Origin: Leucoraja ocellata | Taxonomy: Eukaryota | Assembly: GCA_036785375.1 (NCBI GenBank) | Contig: JAWMAR010000143.1 | Span: forward strand, 3,596,001 to 3,660,000 | Length of the DNA stretch: 64,000 bases | Direction: 5' to 3' | Shown here: in pieces, positions 1 through 11,619 of the stretch | Layout: the number at the start of each line of letters is the position of its first letter | Position numbering within the stretch: the stretch's first letter is position 1 | Program-made: the position numbers and the translations under genes | Notes under the pieces: model-generated | The model's input: the letters and a program-made list of their open reading frames with translations, nothing else | What the model was told of the DNA's origin: nothing | The model's database searches: none

Positions 1-160
1 GATGTCATTATTTTTTTTAAATTAAGACAATTAAAATCTATATAGAGTACTTTTAAAAGTTCTATGTGAACAGATTTTCTTTTGCCATCCAGAGGAATGC
101 TTTATTTATACTTTTTTGCATTTGCCGTAATGAAATATAAAAATCAAGGATAGGAATATT

Positions 161-800
161 TCTATATATTACTAANNNNNNNNNNNNNNNNNNNNNNNNN
201 NNNNNNNNNNNNNNNNNNNNNNNNNNNNNNNNNNNNNNNNNNNNNNNNNNNNNNNNNNNNNNNNNNNNNNNNNNNNNNNNNNNNNNNNNNNNNNNNNNNN
301 NNNNNNNNNNNNNNNNNCCCATGTGATAATGGAACTACACCAAAACAGTACACAATAGCACTAACATTTTTGCACCATCTTACTGACCATTGTCCTGTGG
401 TCATAGGTGTCAAGTTTTGTTCAGATTGATGTTATATTTCACAAGTTATTGACTTTAAAAATTTACAAATTCAAGTTTAAGAAAAATTTAACAGCTATTG
501 GGATCCTTATCCTTGCTGGCCCAGCTTGCAACAAAGTTGCCATCGAGGAACACTCAGTCCTTCCAGCAAGTTTTCAGCTGAACAGGAGGGGGAGGGGGCA
601 ATTGCATTATTTTTTAAAGTCCTCTCAGGAAGTGGAGGGGGAGGCAATGCTGGGGGATACGCCCTTGCGCAGTTGGGGGCTATGGGTGAGTGCTGGAATA
701 TGGGGGAATGGGTGAGTGGTAGAATATTGCGTTGTGGAACGGGTTGCGTTGGGGGACCAGGCCCATGTGACAGGGACCTAACAGGTCCCAGTTGGCCTAG
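161..800 (+). mobile_element. Non-autonomous Helitron-like element (spans an assembly gap)
   Basis: 5' TCTATATATTACTAA at 161. 3' end has a perfect hairpin GGGACCT-AAC-AGGTCCC (773-789), then 7 nt, then CTAG (797-800) followed by T. No TIR or TSD. Internal similarity to 37425-38969 and 52506-53227. Confidence 0.7.
176..317. other. Assembly gap (N run)
   Basis: Run of n characters. Confidence 1.
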
Positions 801-869
801 TATGTAATAAAAATAAAATAAAATATTAAAAAATGATATGTCTATTAGTTCTCCAAATAACCAGATTTC

Positions 870-1545
870 CATGCAAGGGATACCACAAGCTGACGAGGTG
901 GTGAGGAAGGCTTTTGGCATGTTGGCCTTCATCAGTAAGGGCATTGAGCCTGGAGATTGGGAAGTTATTTTGCAGTTGTACACAACATTCGTGAGGCCGC
1001 CCTTTGAGTATTGTGTTTAGTTTTGGTCACTATGCTAAAGGAAGGTTGCTGTTCAGCTGGAATGAGTGGAGCAGAGATTTACAAGGATGTTGCCAGGACC
1101 CGAGGGACGAGTTATAGGGAGAGGTTGAGCAGACTGGAACTTTGTTCCTTGGAATATAGGAGACTGCGATGTGATCTCATTCTATGTCCATTTCTATGAT
1201 TCTATGTCCATCATGATTTTATACACCTCTATGTGTATAAAATCATGATGGACATAGAAAGGATGTATACACCCAGTCTTTTTCCCATGATTGGGGAATC
1301 AAGAACTAGAGGGCATTGGTTTAAAGTGAGAGGTGAAAAAAATAATACAGGGTGGTTTATATATGGACCAAGCTGCCAGAGGATGTACAATAACAACACT
1401 TAAAAAACATTTGGGTAGTATATGTTTTGGAAAGATTCATGTAGATATAGTCAAATATGGAAGATGGGACTAGCACAGATGGGCATCTTGGTCGGCAAGG
1501 ATGAGTTGGGAGGTAAGGCCCATTTCTGTGCTTTATGGCTCTACA
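870..1545 (+). mobile_element. CR1 LINE, degraded 3' part of ORF2 plus 3' UTR
   Basis: Translations VVRKAFGMLAFISKGIE...LQLYTTFVRP.FEYCV and SYRERLSRLELCSLEYRRLRCDLI are typical of the CR1 ORF2 C-terminus; multiple stops and frameshifts. Confidence 0.9.
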
Positions 1546-2434
1546 ACCAATCAGATGAAGTTTAGTTTTTGGTATTGAAATATTTATGGTATTCAATTGT
1601 TCAATGGGTCATTTTATCTTGCTATATCATAAGTGGTTGGAAGGCAGATTACAACAATTAACATTAGTCTGCTATTGCAAAAATATCTCAAGATGCATCA
1701 CCTTGTGTTAACAATCAAAAATGCAAATTAAGCCAGACAAGGAGACATGAGGTGATCTAATATGGAGATGAGCTAGAAGCCAGAGTTCTAAAAATTCATT
1801 TCCCTCCTAGAGCTGTAGAAGAAATGAGTATTACTGAGATAGGATCACCAGCTTGAAACAATTGTACAGCAAACAAGGTCAACCCTATTAATTGTTTCTC
1901 AAGCTGAATTCTGGAAGCTTGCTGTGGATAACGTGTGTTTGAGATGGAAAAATCGTATACAACACAGATGATGAGTGTAGATGTATGCATAAAAGAAAAT
2001 TTCTACCCCTCTGAGTTATCGTAACACTCCTGGTGTTAACTGTGTTCATCTGTCACTTAGAGCTGGAGTAAACAGTTAATATAATTTTTTTGTTCTCGGT
2101 TTCTCACTATTTAAAATCCAAATTGCATAGTTACTTATTGAACCAGGACAGATGGAGTAAATAGTTCCTTGATTCAGCATTAACACCACAACCTCAAGTT
2201 GATGGGAAAATTGTTTTCTTTTAATTTTGTTGTCAACTGTGTACAGCAAGATTATAGATTTTGACTTGTTTGCTTAAACCCCTCACAATTAACAAAAATT
2301 GCAGTAAATAAGCATTATCATTATTAATAATAATTAAAGCTGTGTCTCACAATTCAGCAGGAATATTTGGATGAATAAGAGGAACCAAGAAGCAGGACAG
2401 TTAGTGAAAACCTGAAGAATATTTTTATGAAGAG

Positions 2435-2700
2435 ATGAGAAACTGCAGATGCTTGAATCTTGAACAAAAAAACAAAGTGCTGGAAGAACTCAACGGGTCA
2501 GGCATCATCTATGGAGGGAATGGGCTGATGACGTTTTAGCTTGGGACTTCTTTAAATTGATAGTTGGAAGATTGCTGGAAAAGAGAGGTGGGTGTGGGAA
2601 GTGACCAATGGATACAGGTCAGGGGGGGGCAGTGAATTGGCAGATGGGTAGATAGTGACAAAGGAGATGGTGTCAGATAAAGAAAGAAGAGAGTGAAATG
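2435..2700 (-). mobile_element. Old Penelope-like element terminal (tail) fragment
   Basis: aactgcagatgc...aaagtgctggaagaactcaacgggtcaggcatcatctatggaggg matches the tail that follows the GIY-YIG remnant at 47934-48140. Confidence 0.7.
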
Positions 2701-2731
2701 TAATGCCTAATGTCCTTAACTCTGGCAATTT

Positions 2732-2855
2732 GGTTTAGTTTAGAAATACAGCACGGAAACAAGCCCTGCAGCCCACCGAGTCCACACCGAGCATCGATCA
2801 CACATATGCTAGTTCTATGCTAACCCATCCTACGCACTAGGGGCAATTTACAGAG
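2732..2855 (-). mobile_element. SINE 3' portion (CR1-like tail)
   Basis: tttagtttagaaatacagcacggaaacaagccc...gcccaccgagtcc...ggggcaatttac resembles the tail of the SINE at 31660-31800. Confidence 0.7.
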
Positions 2856-3059
2856 TCAATAGAGGAGGATGCAAAAAGTGTATGTGAACCTCTCTCTCAC
2901 CTGGATGGACTGGTAGAGTACTTTTACATCATTTTTTTTATGGCCTTTTCGAGCTCTCTTGTTTACTCTGCAAATTCTGTTTGGTCTCTGGGTTCTCATT
3001 GTGAGGATGTTTGAGCAAAACATGGGGGGGGGGCACAATTCTTTGGTAGCCACGCGCAT

Positions 3060-3062
<3 letters not shown>

Positions 3063-3129
<67 letters not shown>
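3063..3129. repeat. (CA)n microsatellite
   Basis: Perfect CA dinucleotide run. Confidence 0.99.
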
Positions 3130-3131
<2 letters not shown>

Positions 3132-3385
3132 CTTTGGTGGCTTTGGCTGTGGGGCTTGTGGACGGTAACATCAGGCGCTGACCTGGTTGGTGATCGACTC
3201 CAGCAACAGCAGCTTCAACCTCCCCGAATCATGGGGCTTGAATCGGCCCGTTCACGGGGCTTTTCATCGACCGGTGCGGCTTAAAATCGGCCAGCGGTGG
3301 CTTGGACCATGGGAGCCTCGATCACCTTGCTGCAGCAGTTTGATTTTAAGCCACGCCGGGCGACGAAAGGCCCCGCTTCAACCTT
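3130..3385. repeat. GC/CpG-rich repeat fragment with an internal inverted repeat
   Basis: Arms 3255-3288 and 3342-3375 are imperfect reverse complements; abrupt GC-rich island in an AT-rich background. Confidence 0.55.
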
Positions 3386-3750
3386 TAGAAAGCGTCTGAT
3401 ACACGCTTGAATCTTTCAAAAGTTACAATGTGATAAATAACACTTAAACAAATAAAACTGAAGCAAATAAAGGCAAACCGAAGAACCAACCTTCTGGGGG
3501 AGAGAGAGAGAGATAGGGAAAAAATACTAAATAATGTGAGTGACCTGAATGAGTCAGCCAGGAAACCCATTCGACCGAAGCACTTAATGACCTGTCCCGT
3601 TTTTTTTCGATACCCGTTTAAATCTTTCCCATCCACCAATACATCCAATTAGTTCAAATGGTAATTGTACCCACATCAAACAGCTTTAAGAAATTCTCCA
3701 TGAATACCTTCAGTAATACTTGGTCAAAACACAATTGGTGACACATCATT

Positions 3751-4276
3751 TAGAAACATAGAAACATAGAAATTAGGTGCAGGAGTAGGCCATTCGGCCC
3801 TTCGAGCCTGCACCGCCATTCAATATGATCATGGCTGATCATCCAACTCAGTATCCCGTACCTGCCTTCTCTCCATACCCCCTGATCCCCTTAGCCACAA
3901 GGGCCACATCTAACTCCCTCTTAAATATAGCCAATGAACTGGCCTCAACTACCCTCTGTGGCAGAGAGTTCCAGAGATTCACCACTCTCTGCGTGAAAAA
4001 AGTTCTTCTCATCTCGGTTTTAAAGGATTTCCCCCTTATCCTTAAGCTGTGACCCCTTGTCCTGGACTTCCCTAACATCGGGAACAATCTTCCTGCATCT
4101 AGCCTGTCCAACCCCTTAAGAATTTTGTAAGTTTCTATAAGATCCCCTCTCAATCTCCTAAATTCTAGAGAGTATAAACCAAGTCTATCCAGTCTTTCTT
4201 CATAAGACAGTCCTGACATCCCAGGAATCAGTCTGGTGAACCGTCTCTGCACTCCCTCTATGGCAATAATGTCCTT
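3751..4276 (-). mobile_element. Young 5'-truncated CR1 LINE (ORF2 C-terminus, 3' UTR and octamer-repeat tail)
   Basis: Open frame KDIIAIEGVQRRFTRLIPGMSGLSYEERLDRLGLYSLEFRRLRGDLIETYKILKG...FFTQRVVNLWNSLP; ATAGAAAC repeats (+ strand) at 3751-3772 form the CR1 terminal microsatellite. Confidence 0.96.
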
Positions 4277-4299
4277 TAATATGATGTTAATAGAGACAT

Positions 4300-4490
4300 A
4301 ACAAGCGCTTAACAGTGACACCCCCACAGTCTTGCGGAAAGCGGAGATTTTAATAGATTTTTTTTTCACCAAATTTCAAAATCTGGATTACAAAACAGGG
4401 GGGGGGGGGGATTGTTCCCCACCTCTCAAAACACGTGGGGGGGGGGGGGGTACGCGTCCTTCTCGTCCCCCCTGGGATTTCCGCCCACGA
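4300..4490. mobile_element. Probable terminal fragment of a non-autonomous DNA transposon
   Basis: GC-rich block with poly-G runs ending cccccctgggatttccgcccacg, resembling ends of hAT-type MITEs; partner end not seen. Confidence 0.35.
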
Positions 4491-5894
4491 GCTAAAAATG
4501 CAGAAACATTTTAGTTTGAAATGATCTAGCGAGCAAATACATAAAATAGAAGAAATAGAGGCTGTTTCTGTGAGTAGCATCTCAGCAGCATCTGGTCTCA
4601 ACATCTTAGTGAGGTTTTTCTCAACCGTGTGCCAGGATGGAAAGGTGAAAATGGTGCTGTCAATGGTGAGCTGTGCTCTCATTATGTTTACTGCTATGTG
4701 AATATTACTTTTTACCTGACCCTGTTGACATCTGTTTGCTGTTGTTTTTCAAGTGAGCCAGGAAACAAACAAACAACGTGTCTGCTTGAAATAAGCCGCA
4801 GTTTATCTGCAGTCTGTTTGACCACGTTCCACTTAAGAGATTCAGTGCAAGCAACCTTTTAAGAAGCCCTGTCAGTCGTGCATAAATGTTTAAGAAAGAA
4901 CTGCAGATGCTGGAACTATGAACCATAGGTAGCTCTGAAAAGCAACCACAGATTTTATTTGAGGAGTCAAGAGGAGCATAAATATTTCTCTTTGCCTCAC
5001 CAACCGGTTTCTGCCAATTCTTCTGTGCCAATCTATCCCTATTGTCCACCAACTACTTAGCAGTCGACTTCCAACTCTGCTCCTTTCCCACCCCCTCCTC
5101 AATGAACAAGCTGTCAGATGGTGCTGGCAGCTTGCTGCAAAGATTCAAATTAGGCCCAATCATGAAAATTGCTCAAGCTCCGTTTGCTTCTTATATACTG
5201 TGTACTGAAGATAAAAGTTGGAGCCTGTAGTTTTAAAATTGCCTGCACAGGAATGTGAGTTAAAGACTGGCTAGCCCTTCACACCACCAATATAAAACTT
5301 TCTTCTCGTATTCCATTGCAGTGAGGCGGACAAACACCCTGGATACAAAAGTCTGCGGTATTGCTAGTGTCATTCAATGCTGTCAGCTACTAATGCTGAA
5401 AAGATTGCCAACAATAGTCAAGCTGGAAACTCCAAAATAAAAGAGCATTAAATACAACATTCTGGAAATGACTGGATGATGTTAATGATAGAAGTTCAAA
5501 AATATTTATTTCAATTTCTCTTCTATTATTAATTGATGAAAATAATTGAATTAAATAACCGTCAAAGTTTGATACTAAGCACTTGAATGATCACATCACA
5601 TGTGGGGGTTGTTTCATTATAAGGATTTTACATTGAACAATGGAATTACAAAATTTAATGGAGAAATTGCACACTGAAAATATGTTAATATGGAATAATA
5701 TTAGATAAAATCCACATCGAGAATGCAAAAAAAAAGTCTTCACAAAAAACTTGCAATCTGATCTAATTAACACAAAGAACATGATTTCTATGTCAAGAAA
5801 TTTTTAATGGGCATTAAACAGGTATGGGAGAAGGCGCACAAAATATTCAAATTAATTCTCACAATTTATCACAATATATTTCACGTACCATTTT

Positions 5895-6090
5895 TCCCCG
5901 TAATGGATGGTGCATACAGGAATGTGTGGGCAAAGGAAGTAGCAGAGGCAGGTACTTGGATTGGAAATGCCTAGAGGGATTTGGGGCAAACACATGCAAA
6001 TGGAACTTTCTTAGATGAGGCATCTTTCTCAGCATGAACGAGTTGGGCCCGAGGGCCTGTTTGCGGACTGTATGACTCTACGACTGTGAC
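5895..6090 (+). mobile_element. Degraded CR1 3' end
   Basis: gagggatttggggcaaac...gggcatc...gagttgggcccgagggcctgttt...ctgtatgactcta is the CR1 3' UTR/tail, as at 1440-1545. Confidence 0.75.
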
Positions 6091-6494
6091 ATGTCTTGAA
6101 AGCTTGCATTATTCTGGTGTTCCAGATACCTGTTGGATTGTGAAGCTGAAAAGGTTTCCATGATAATGTGTGTACAAGCATAAACCCATTAATTTTACTC
6201 ATTAGCAGGTTTACCTCATTTTGTAGAAACTGTATAATTAGCTGGTTTATTTTTGTTAATTAATAATATCAACCAGCTTTCCAAAATTGGTTGATACATT
6301 TTGATCCACCCCTGTGACTCGTGGGCAAGTAGAATAAAACTGCCTTTATGCATTTCAAGTGTTTTACCATTGGAGTTCTGCAAAACTAGAGACTATCATA
6401 GCTAAAACATATAATATAAAAATTTATAATCTAGATCTCATTATCAGAAGTTTTTAAATGTTGAATCTTGTAATTCTTTTCTTACCTTTAAGGA

Positions 6495-6630
6495 AAATAC
6501 TGTAGATACCAGAAAGCTGAACTTCTCAGCAGACCAGAGAAAGGACCGTAGCCCTGAAACAGTATATCTTCCTTCGTTTCTCTACAGATGCTGCTTGGTT
6601 TGTTGGGTGTTAGCAATATTTTGCAGTTGT
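6495..6630. mobile_element. Highly degraded Penelope-tail short element
   Basis: actgtagataccag...ccctgaaacag...tctctacagatgctgcttggtttgttgggtgttagcaatattttg has the same layout as 11442-11570. Confidence 0.45.
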
Positions 6631-7379
6631 GTGTTTCACTCTTTTCACACTATTTTCGCAGTGTTTTATTAAATACAGCAGGCATGCAGAGAGATTGACT
6701 GAAACACTTTCTCTTTTGGGTAATTTTAACTGCTTGTGTGGTCAGGTTGACTGGTCCAGTTGTAGATGCACTATGTTACACTGCAGGAGGTACACCAAGT
6801 ACAAATTGGACCAAGGGTGGAAAATGAGGCAGTGTGGTTCCATGCAGAAGAAATGTGCCACACTGGAAGGAGAATGCAATCAGTTTCAGCTGAAAGGACA
6901 GGACAGGAATAATAAATCTGTTGATACTGCAGAAAACAATATGGTGCTCCCCAAAGAAGGGTGATAGAGACTGATTGATGACAGCTCAAAGGATCACTGA
7001 CTAACTATAGCTTGGGGATTATGGATACCTAGCATTGCCATGTCATTCATGGATGCTGATGCCAACAATTGATAGTTTGTTAAAATAATCAGCTCTGTGG
7101 GCTTTTTGACTATTGTTGTTTCTTTTCCTTTGTTGAATATAACTTGTTTATCCTTGTCTCATGTAGCAACAACAAGTTGCACAATGGAGGAAGGAGAAGC
7201 CAAATTCTGTTCAACCAATGGATAATATTAAACTTTTCATACTGAAAACAAGGTGTGGTTTATAACAGACCAGTTATTTAACTTCTTGACTTCGATCACT
7301 TCGAAAATAGGAATGCTCGTGATAGAATTGTTTTATTTCTGTCACCCAAAAGGCAATGTTAAGCTTCCAGGTTAAATAA

Positions 7380-7620
7380 TGCAGTGTCTGAGGAACTGTT
7401 TTTTGGATGAAATAATAAATCTTGCCTTAAATGCTTACTATGGTTGAGTATTAAGAATGTCGTGCCCAACAAAGAACATTCCTGTGCTCCCCATGCCTCC
7501 AGCTAAACCTGCTAAAACAGCTTAACTGGTCACTTGTGCTTTGTGGGCTCTTTCTGTCCCCAATTGGTTTTCAGCCTGTTGCTTAAGATTCACAATAACA
7601 TTTCAAAAATATTGAGAGCA
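7380..7620 (+). mobile_element. Ancient Deu-domain SINE remnant (SacSINE1/AmnSINE1-like)
   Basis: gcagtgtctgaggaactgttttttggatga... and ctaaaacagcttaactggtcacttgtgctttgtgggctctttctgtccccaattgg match the Deu core as I recall it; also similar to the reverse complement of 12435-12660. Confidence 0.6.
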
Positions 7621-10600
7621 TCATTTAAGTAGATACCAAACCAGCAAAACATAGCAGAGGTACCTGATGGAACTAGTGTGAGCTCACTGTAAGCCCATCT
7701 GCTGTAAGTGTTGAAACCAGAGGTGGAGTGAATGTGAAAATTGAGGAGGGACACTATTTTAATTGATTGATGGGAAATGCATTGTGATTATTGATTCCTC
7801 TGTGATCAATTATGTTACCAAGATGTTTCACTGTGCCCAGAACAGTGCCTGGTAATGCCTTAATGATCTTAATGTAGATTCTGAACTTGGGCATAGCCAA
7901 AAGAATTTCTCAAGAGCTAGGTAAACCCTCAACATGCTTTACAGCTGTTGTGATGTGGATATAGTGGGCTACAAAAAAATGTAGTGCACCTATCACTCAC
8001 CATTTCTCTGCACTGGGATTTCGTGCACATATTAAATGAGATAAAAAGATGAATTTCAGCCTCTGCTGATAGAATTTCAAAATCTTGAGATATGATTGCT
8101 TGGATTTGATGACCTGTTTATGAAACCAGTGGACGTATGACTAAGTAGGTTTTCTATGCTGGAAGTTCCTTTTTCCTGGTGTACATGATACACCAAGAAC
8201 ATTTTCTGGCTCAAGTTCAATGGCTTGTGGTGTCTTCTTTTAATGGAGTGGCAACATTCCTGTAAACCGGCACTTACCAAACTTCCTTGTAGGTCCCAGT
8301 AGATAAATTAAGTAATTAAAATATTCGGCATGTGAGATATTTAAAAAAATAGATGGCTTCCAGTCGTGGTAAAATATAATAGATTTTTAATAGTTGTCTC
8401 TATGCTTGTGGTACATTGGTTAAAAATTATAATTTTGTTTTCGGGAAACTTGATGAAAAGAGCAGGTTAATTAAGAATCCAGCAATCTTGCAGATACTTG
8501 AATTTGGCTTAACCCCAAAATCGGTCTTTTAAAAAATTCCTTGTCCTCGTTTAGTTTTGCATTCATCGCTGGTCAGTCTTGATACGCAGCATTGAGTGAA
8601 AGTTTCTTCATTTGCATATGAATCTCTATTCAACAGTTAATGTCCATTACAGACAGAACGCTCAATTCTTGTTTTCTGTAAGCCTGTTGTAAAATGTCGG
8701 TCTGTCACTTGCAATATAAAAAAGCAAAAATGATGGCATTTGTAAAAATGTTATCACCTCATAAACACAAATTGTAAAGACATGAAAGCGATCTCTGCCA
8801 TGCTTTCAGTGGGAGTTAGTACAGCTGCCTTTTTTAAAAACACAGTTGTCCAGATTCCCACAGCTCACTACCAGTAGACCAGTTTACACAAGCATATTTA
8901 ATTCACAGTTCCCCAAATTAACATTTCATTTGCATAATATGTGATGCTCTATACAACGTGGACTTGCTCAAGAATTTCAATCCTTTGCGCATTTCTTCAA
9001 AATGCTCTTGAAACTTCAATAATTCACTTCAAACTAGACACTTTTTTGTCTCCACATAAAATTAAGCCGCGTTTAATATATAGTCATCTAATTAATGAAA
9101 CGTTTGATGTTAAAGCCAGATTATTACCATTCTCAATAGTCGAGCGTTAATTGTTGCAGCCAAATGTGTGCTCAGAAATGTTTCTGCATTTTGTACAATT
9201 ACCAGTGCTGAATCTAGGTCAAAAGTCAAGCTTTATAGAAATGCTGTTACTGTTGCCTGGAACAGTTTGTCTAGAAACTAGTTAGTACTGCATGGGGAAC
9301 TGGAAAAATAGTTTATGAAATCAAAATCAATTGTAGCAGGCATGCCATTGCTCTAACATCCTCAAGGCCACCCAGTCCTATATGTTTTCTTGGGTCTATC
9401 GTACTTAGCCATCTGTGTGCTTGCTTCATGTGTGCAAACAGTTTTTAAGAAGGTGGAAAGATTGACAGCTACATTAGTAATTGTTAAAGACATGGAATCA
9501 CATGACTACACTGTCACCAGATCAGATGATATCTCTTATGCTGTTAAATCTGGTGCAATGTGGCACAGGACAATACAGAGATCAAAGGCAATTATTTGTA
9601 AAATCGAATAAAAGCCTTTTTGAGAAACATTCACAGTAAATATGCCCTGATAACTATTAGTCGGTATACCTGTTTGGAAGTGTATATCTTACATCTCACA
9701 CTTGATGTTTCAAGATTATTGTGAACATTTTCCAAATCTGAGACAATATGAACAGTAAGGGAGGTGCGGCAATTGTCAAATTAGATTCCTAATGGCTAAC
9801 TTGGGAGAATATAACCAGTAGGTCATTATTTAGCCTCTAGAGCATATTCCAAATTGTTATATTGGTTATTCTCTGATTCAATAATCCCGAATACCTTTAA
9901 TTACCACTAGAATTACTGTTACAATCAGCGAGTCTCTCCATCAACATCCAGTAGACACATAATTGCAAACTCTCCATTTGTCTGGATGAGTGAAGCTCCA
10001 ATACCATCCAAATAACTAGTTGGGTCTAAAATGTGGAACTTGATCAGCTCTCTAAACATTTCATTTCCTTTTCTGTTGGTGTACAGTGATTGCAGTGTAT
10101 GAATCATCTATAAAATGCATGTCTTGACTATTTTGACAACAAGATCCAAACTGCAACATCTTCCATTAAGTGCATGAGGTAACACCACTGCCTACAATTT
10201 CCTCTATAGGTTAAAACCATCCTGAATTGGAAAAAAAATATTGCTGGAACCTTCACCAGAAGGGCTGCAAAGGATTATGAAGTTGGTTTGCTATTATTGT
10301 CTTCTCAAGGGCAATTACAAATGCACAATAAATACTTGTCAATGATATCTGATTCTTGTAAAAAGTATAGAATAGTCATGTGGGAACACCAGAATGTCTG
10401 TTTTAACTTGGAGTAGGAATTAGGCTGACATGGTTTGAGTGTCATTAATAGGTGCAGAATATTTAATCTATATCTTATCTGCATGTCTTCTGTTGCTTTG
10501 AGCTTGAAACTAATGACAGCCAAACAGTGGGCAGTAAAGCTCTCTTGATGGCAGAGAGCTGCTGGTTTGGCCATGGAATTGCTGCCACAGCCAAATAAAT

Positions 10601-11441
10601 TAGTGGTAGGGATTTTTGGATGGGCCTCACAGTCACAAAGAGAGTTAACTGGATGAAGAGAGACTATGGCTGGAAATGTGATAGAGCATTAAGAGTTCAA
10701 TGGACTTAAATTCCATGGAAGTCGATAGATCTGAATTTTGAAGGCATAATACAAAGCTACTTTAGCGTTATCGACCGGGGATAAATTCCTGCGTATACAT
10801 TTTCTTTGGAGCACTCCTGGATTTCCTGACATCAGAAAGATATATCTTTTAAAGAAAGCTTTTACATAAAGGAACTGTTGGGACCTCTTCTGGACTCCTG
10901 TTCTTTTTCCACTTTATTTACTTGAGAAAATCACAAAAGCTTCCTCACTCAGGCCAGCAGTTAAAACACTTATGGAAGTCTGTTGATCACTTCAGTTTTG
11001 AACTGCAGAACAATTGAAGGAACCTGCTGGCTTCAGATGGGCAGACAATACATATGCTGAGAAGGCTAATTGCAGTGTCATTATTAGAGATTTGATAATG
11101 GTGTCAGCATGTAAAGCCAAACAAAATGTTTGCTACTGTCAGCGGGAGCAGCCTTAAATGTATTGCTAAAGAGAAATGGTCAGATAAGCTCGTCCTTTAG
11201 GTGTAAGAGATATAATTTAATACAGGTAATTATGGGCTGCAGGACCTAATTCTTAAGGTAGCAGCTAAGATTCTGAATTGTTGATCCAAAGCCATTTTTA
11301 AATCCTGCCATGGTAGCGAGTAAATACTAATACGGATTCTTATATAAATCTCAAATTGCAAGACAAAACTCGTTTGAGTAACTGCAACCAAGAATCTTCT
11401 GGATTGAATCATTGTAAAAACCTCTCTGAATAACTAAATGT

Positions 11442-11570
11442 TTATGAAGGAACTGCAGATGCTGGAAAAATCGAAGGTCTGAAGAAGGGTCTCGACCCGA
11501 AACGTCACCTATTCCTTTGCTCCATAGATGCTGCCTCACCCGCTGAGTTTCTCCAGCATTTTTATCTACC
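11442..11570 (+). mobile_element. Short Penelope-tail-derived retroelement with a short inverted 5' arm
   Basis: gaaggaactgcagatgctgg joined to ctgaagaagggtctcgacccgaaacgtcacc...ctccagcattttt; degenerate flanking duplication ctctgaataactaaatgt / ctctgattaactgatgt. Confidence 0.85.
11475..11510 (+). ncRNA. Minimal type I hammerhead ribozyme motif
   Basis: Stem I AGGT (11475-78) / ACCT (11507-10); CTGAAGA box (11479-85); stem II GGGT-ctcg-ACCC; GAAA (11499-502); palindromic ACGT stem III; GUC triplet (11504-06). Activity is not shown by the sequence. Confidence 0.65.
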
Positions 11571-11619
11571 TCTGATTAACTGATGTACTTTAGGAAAGAA
11601 AATTTGCCATCGTCACTCA

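Noticed and set aside
62-413. ORFs containing long X runs (also around 37872-38746)
   Set aside because: Artefacts of translating through N gaps.
2856-3171. ORFs with CV or TH dipeptide repeats
   Set aside because: Translation of the (CA)n microsatellite.
4350-4690. 110-aa minus-strand ORF, and an open + frame ending near a GTGAG donor-like site
   Set aside because: No recognisable protein, no convincing acceptor, and the ORF runs into repeat sequence.
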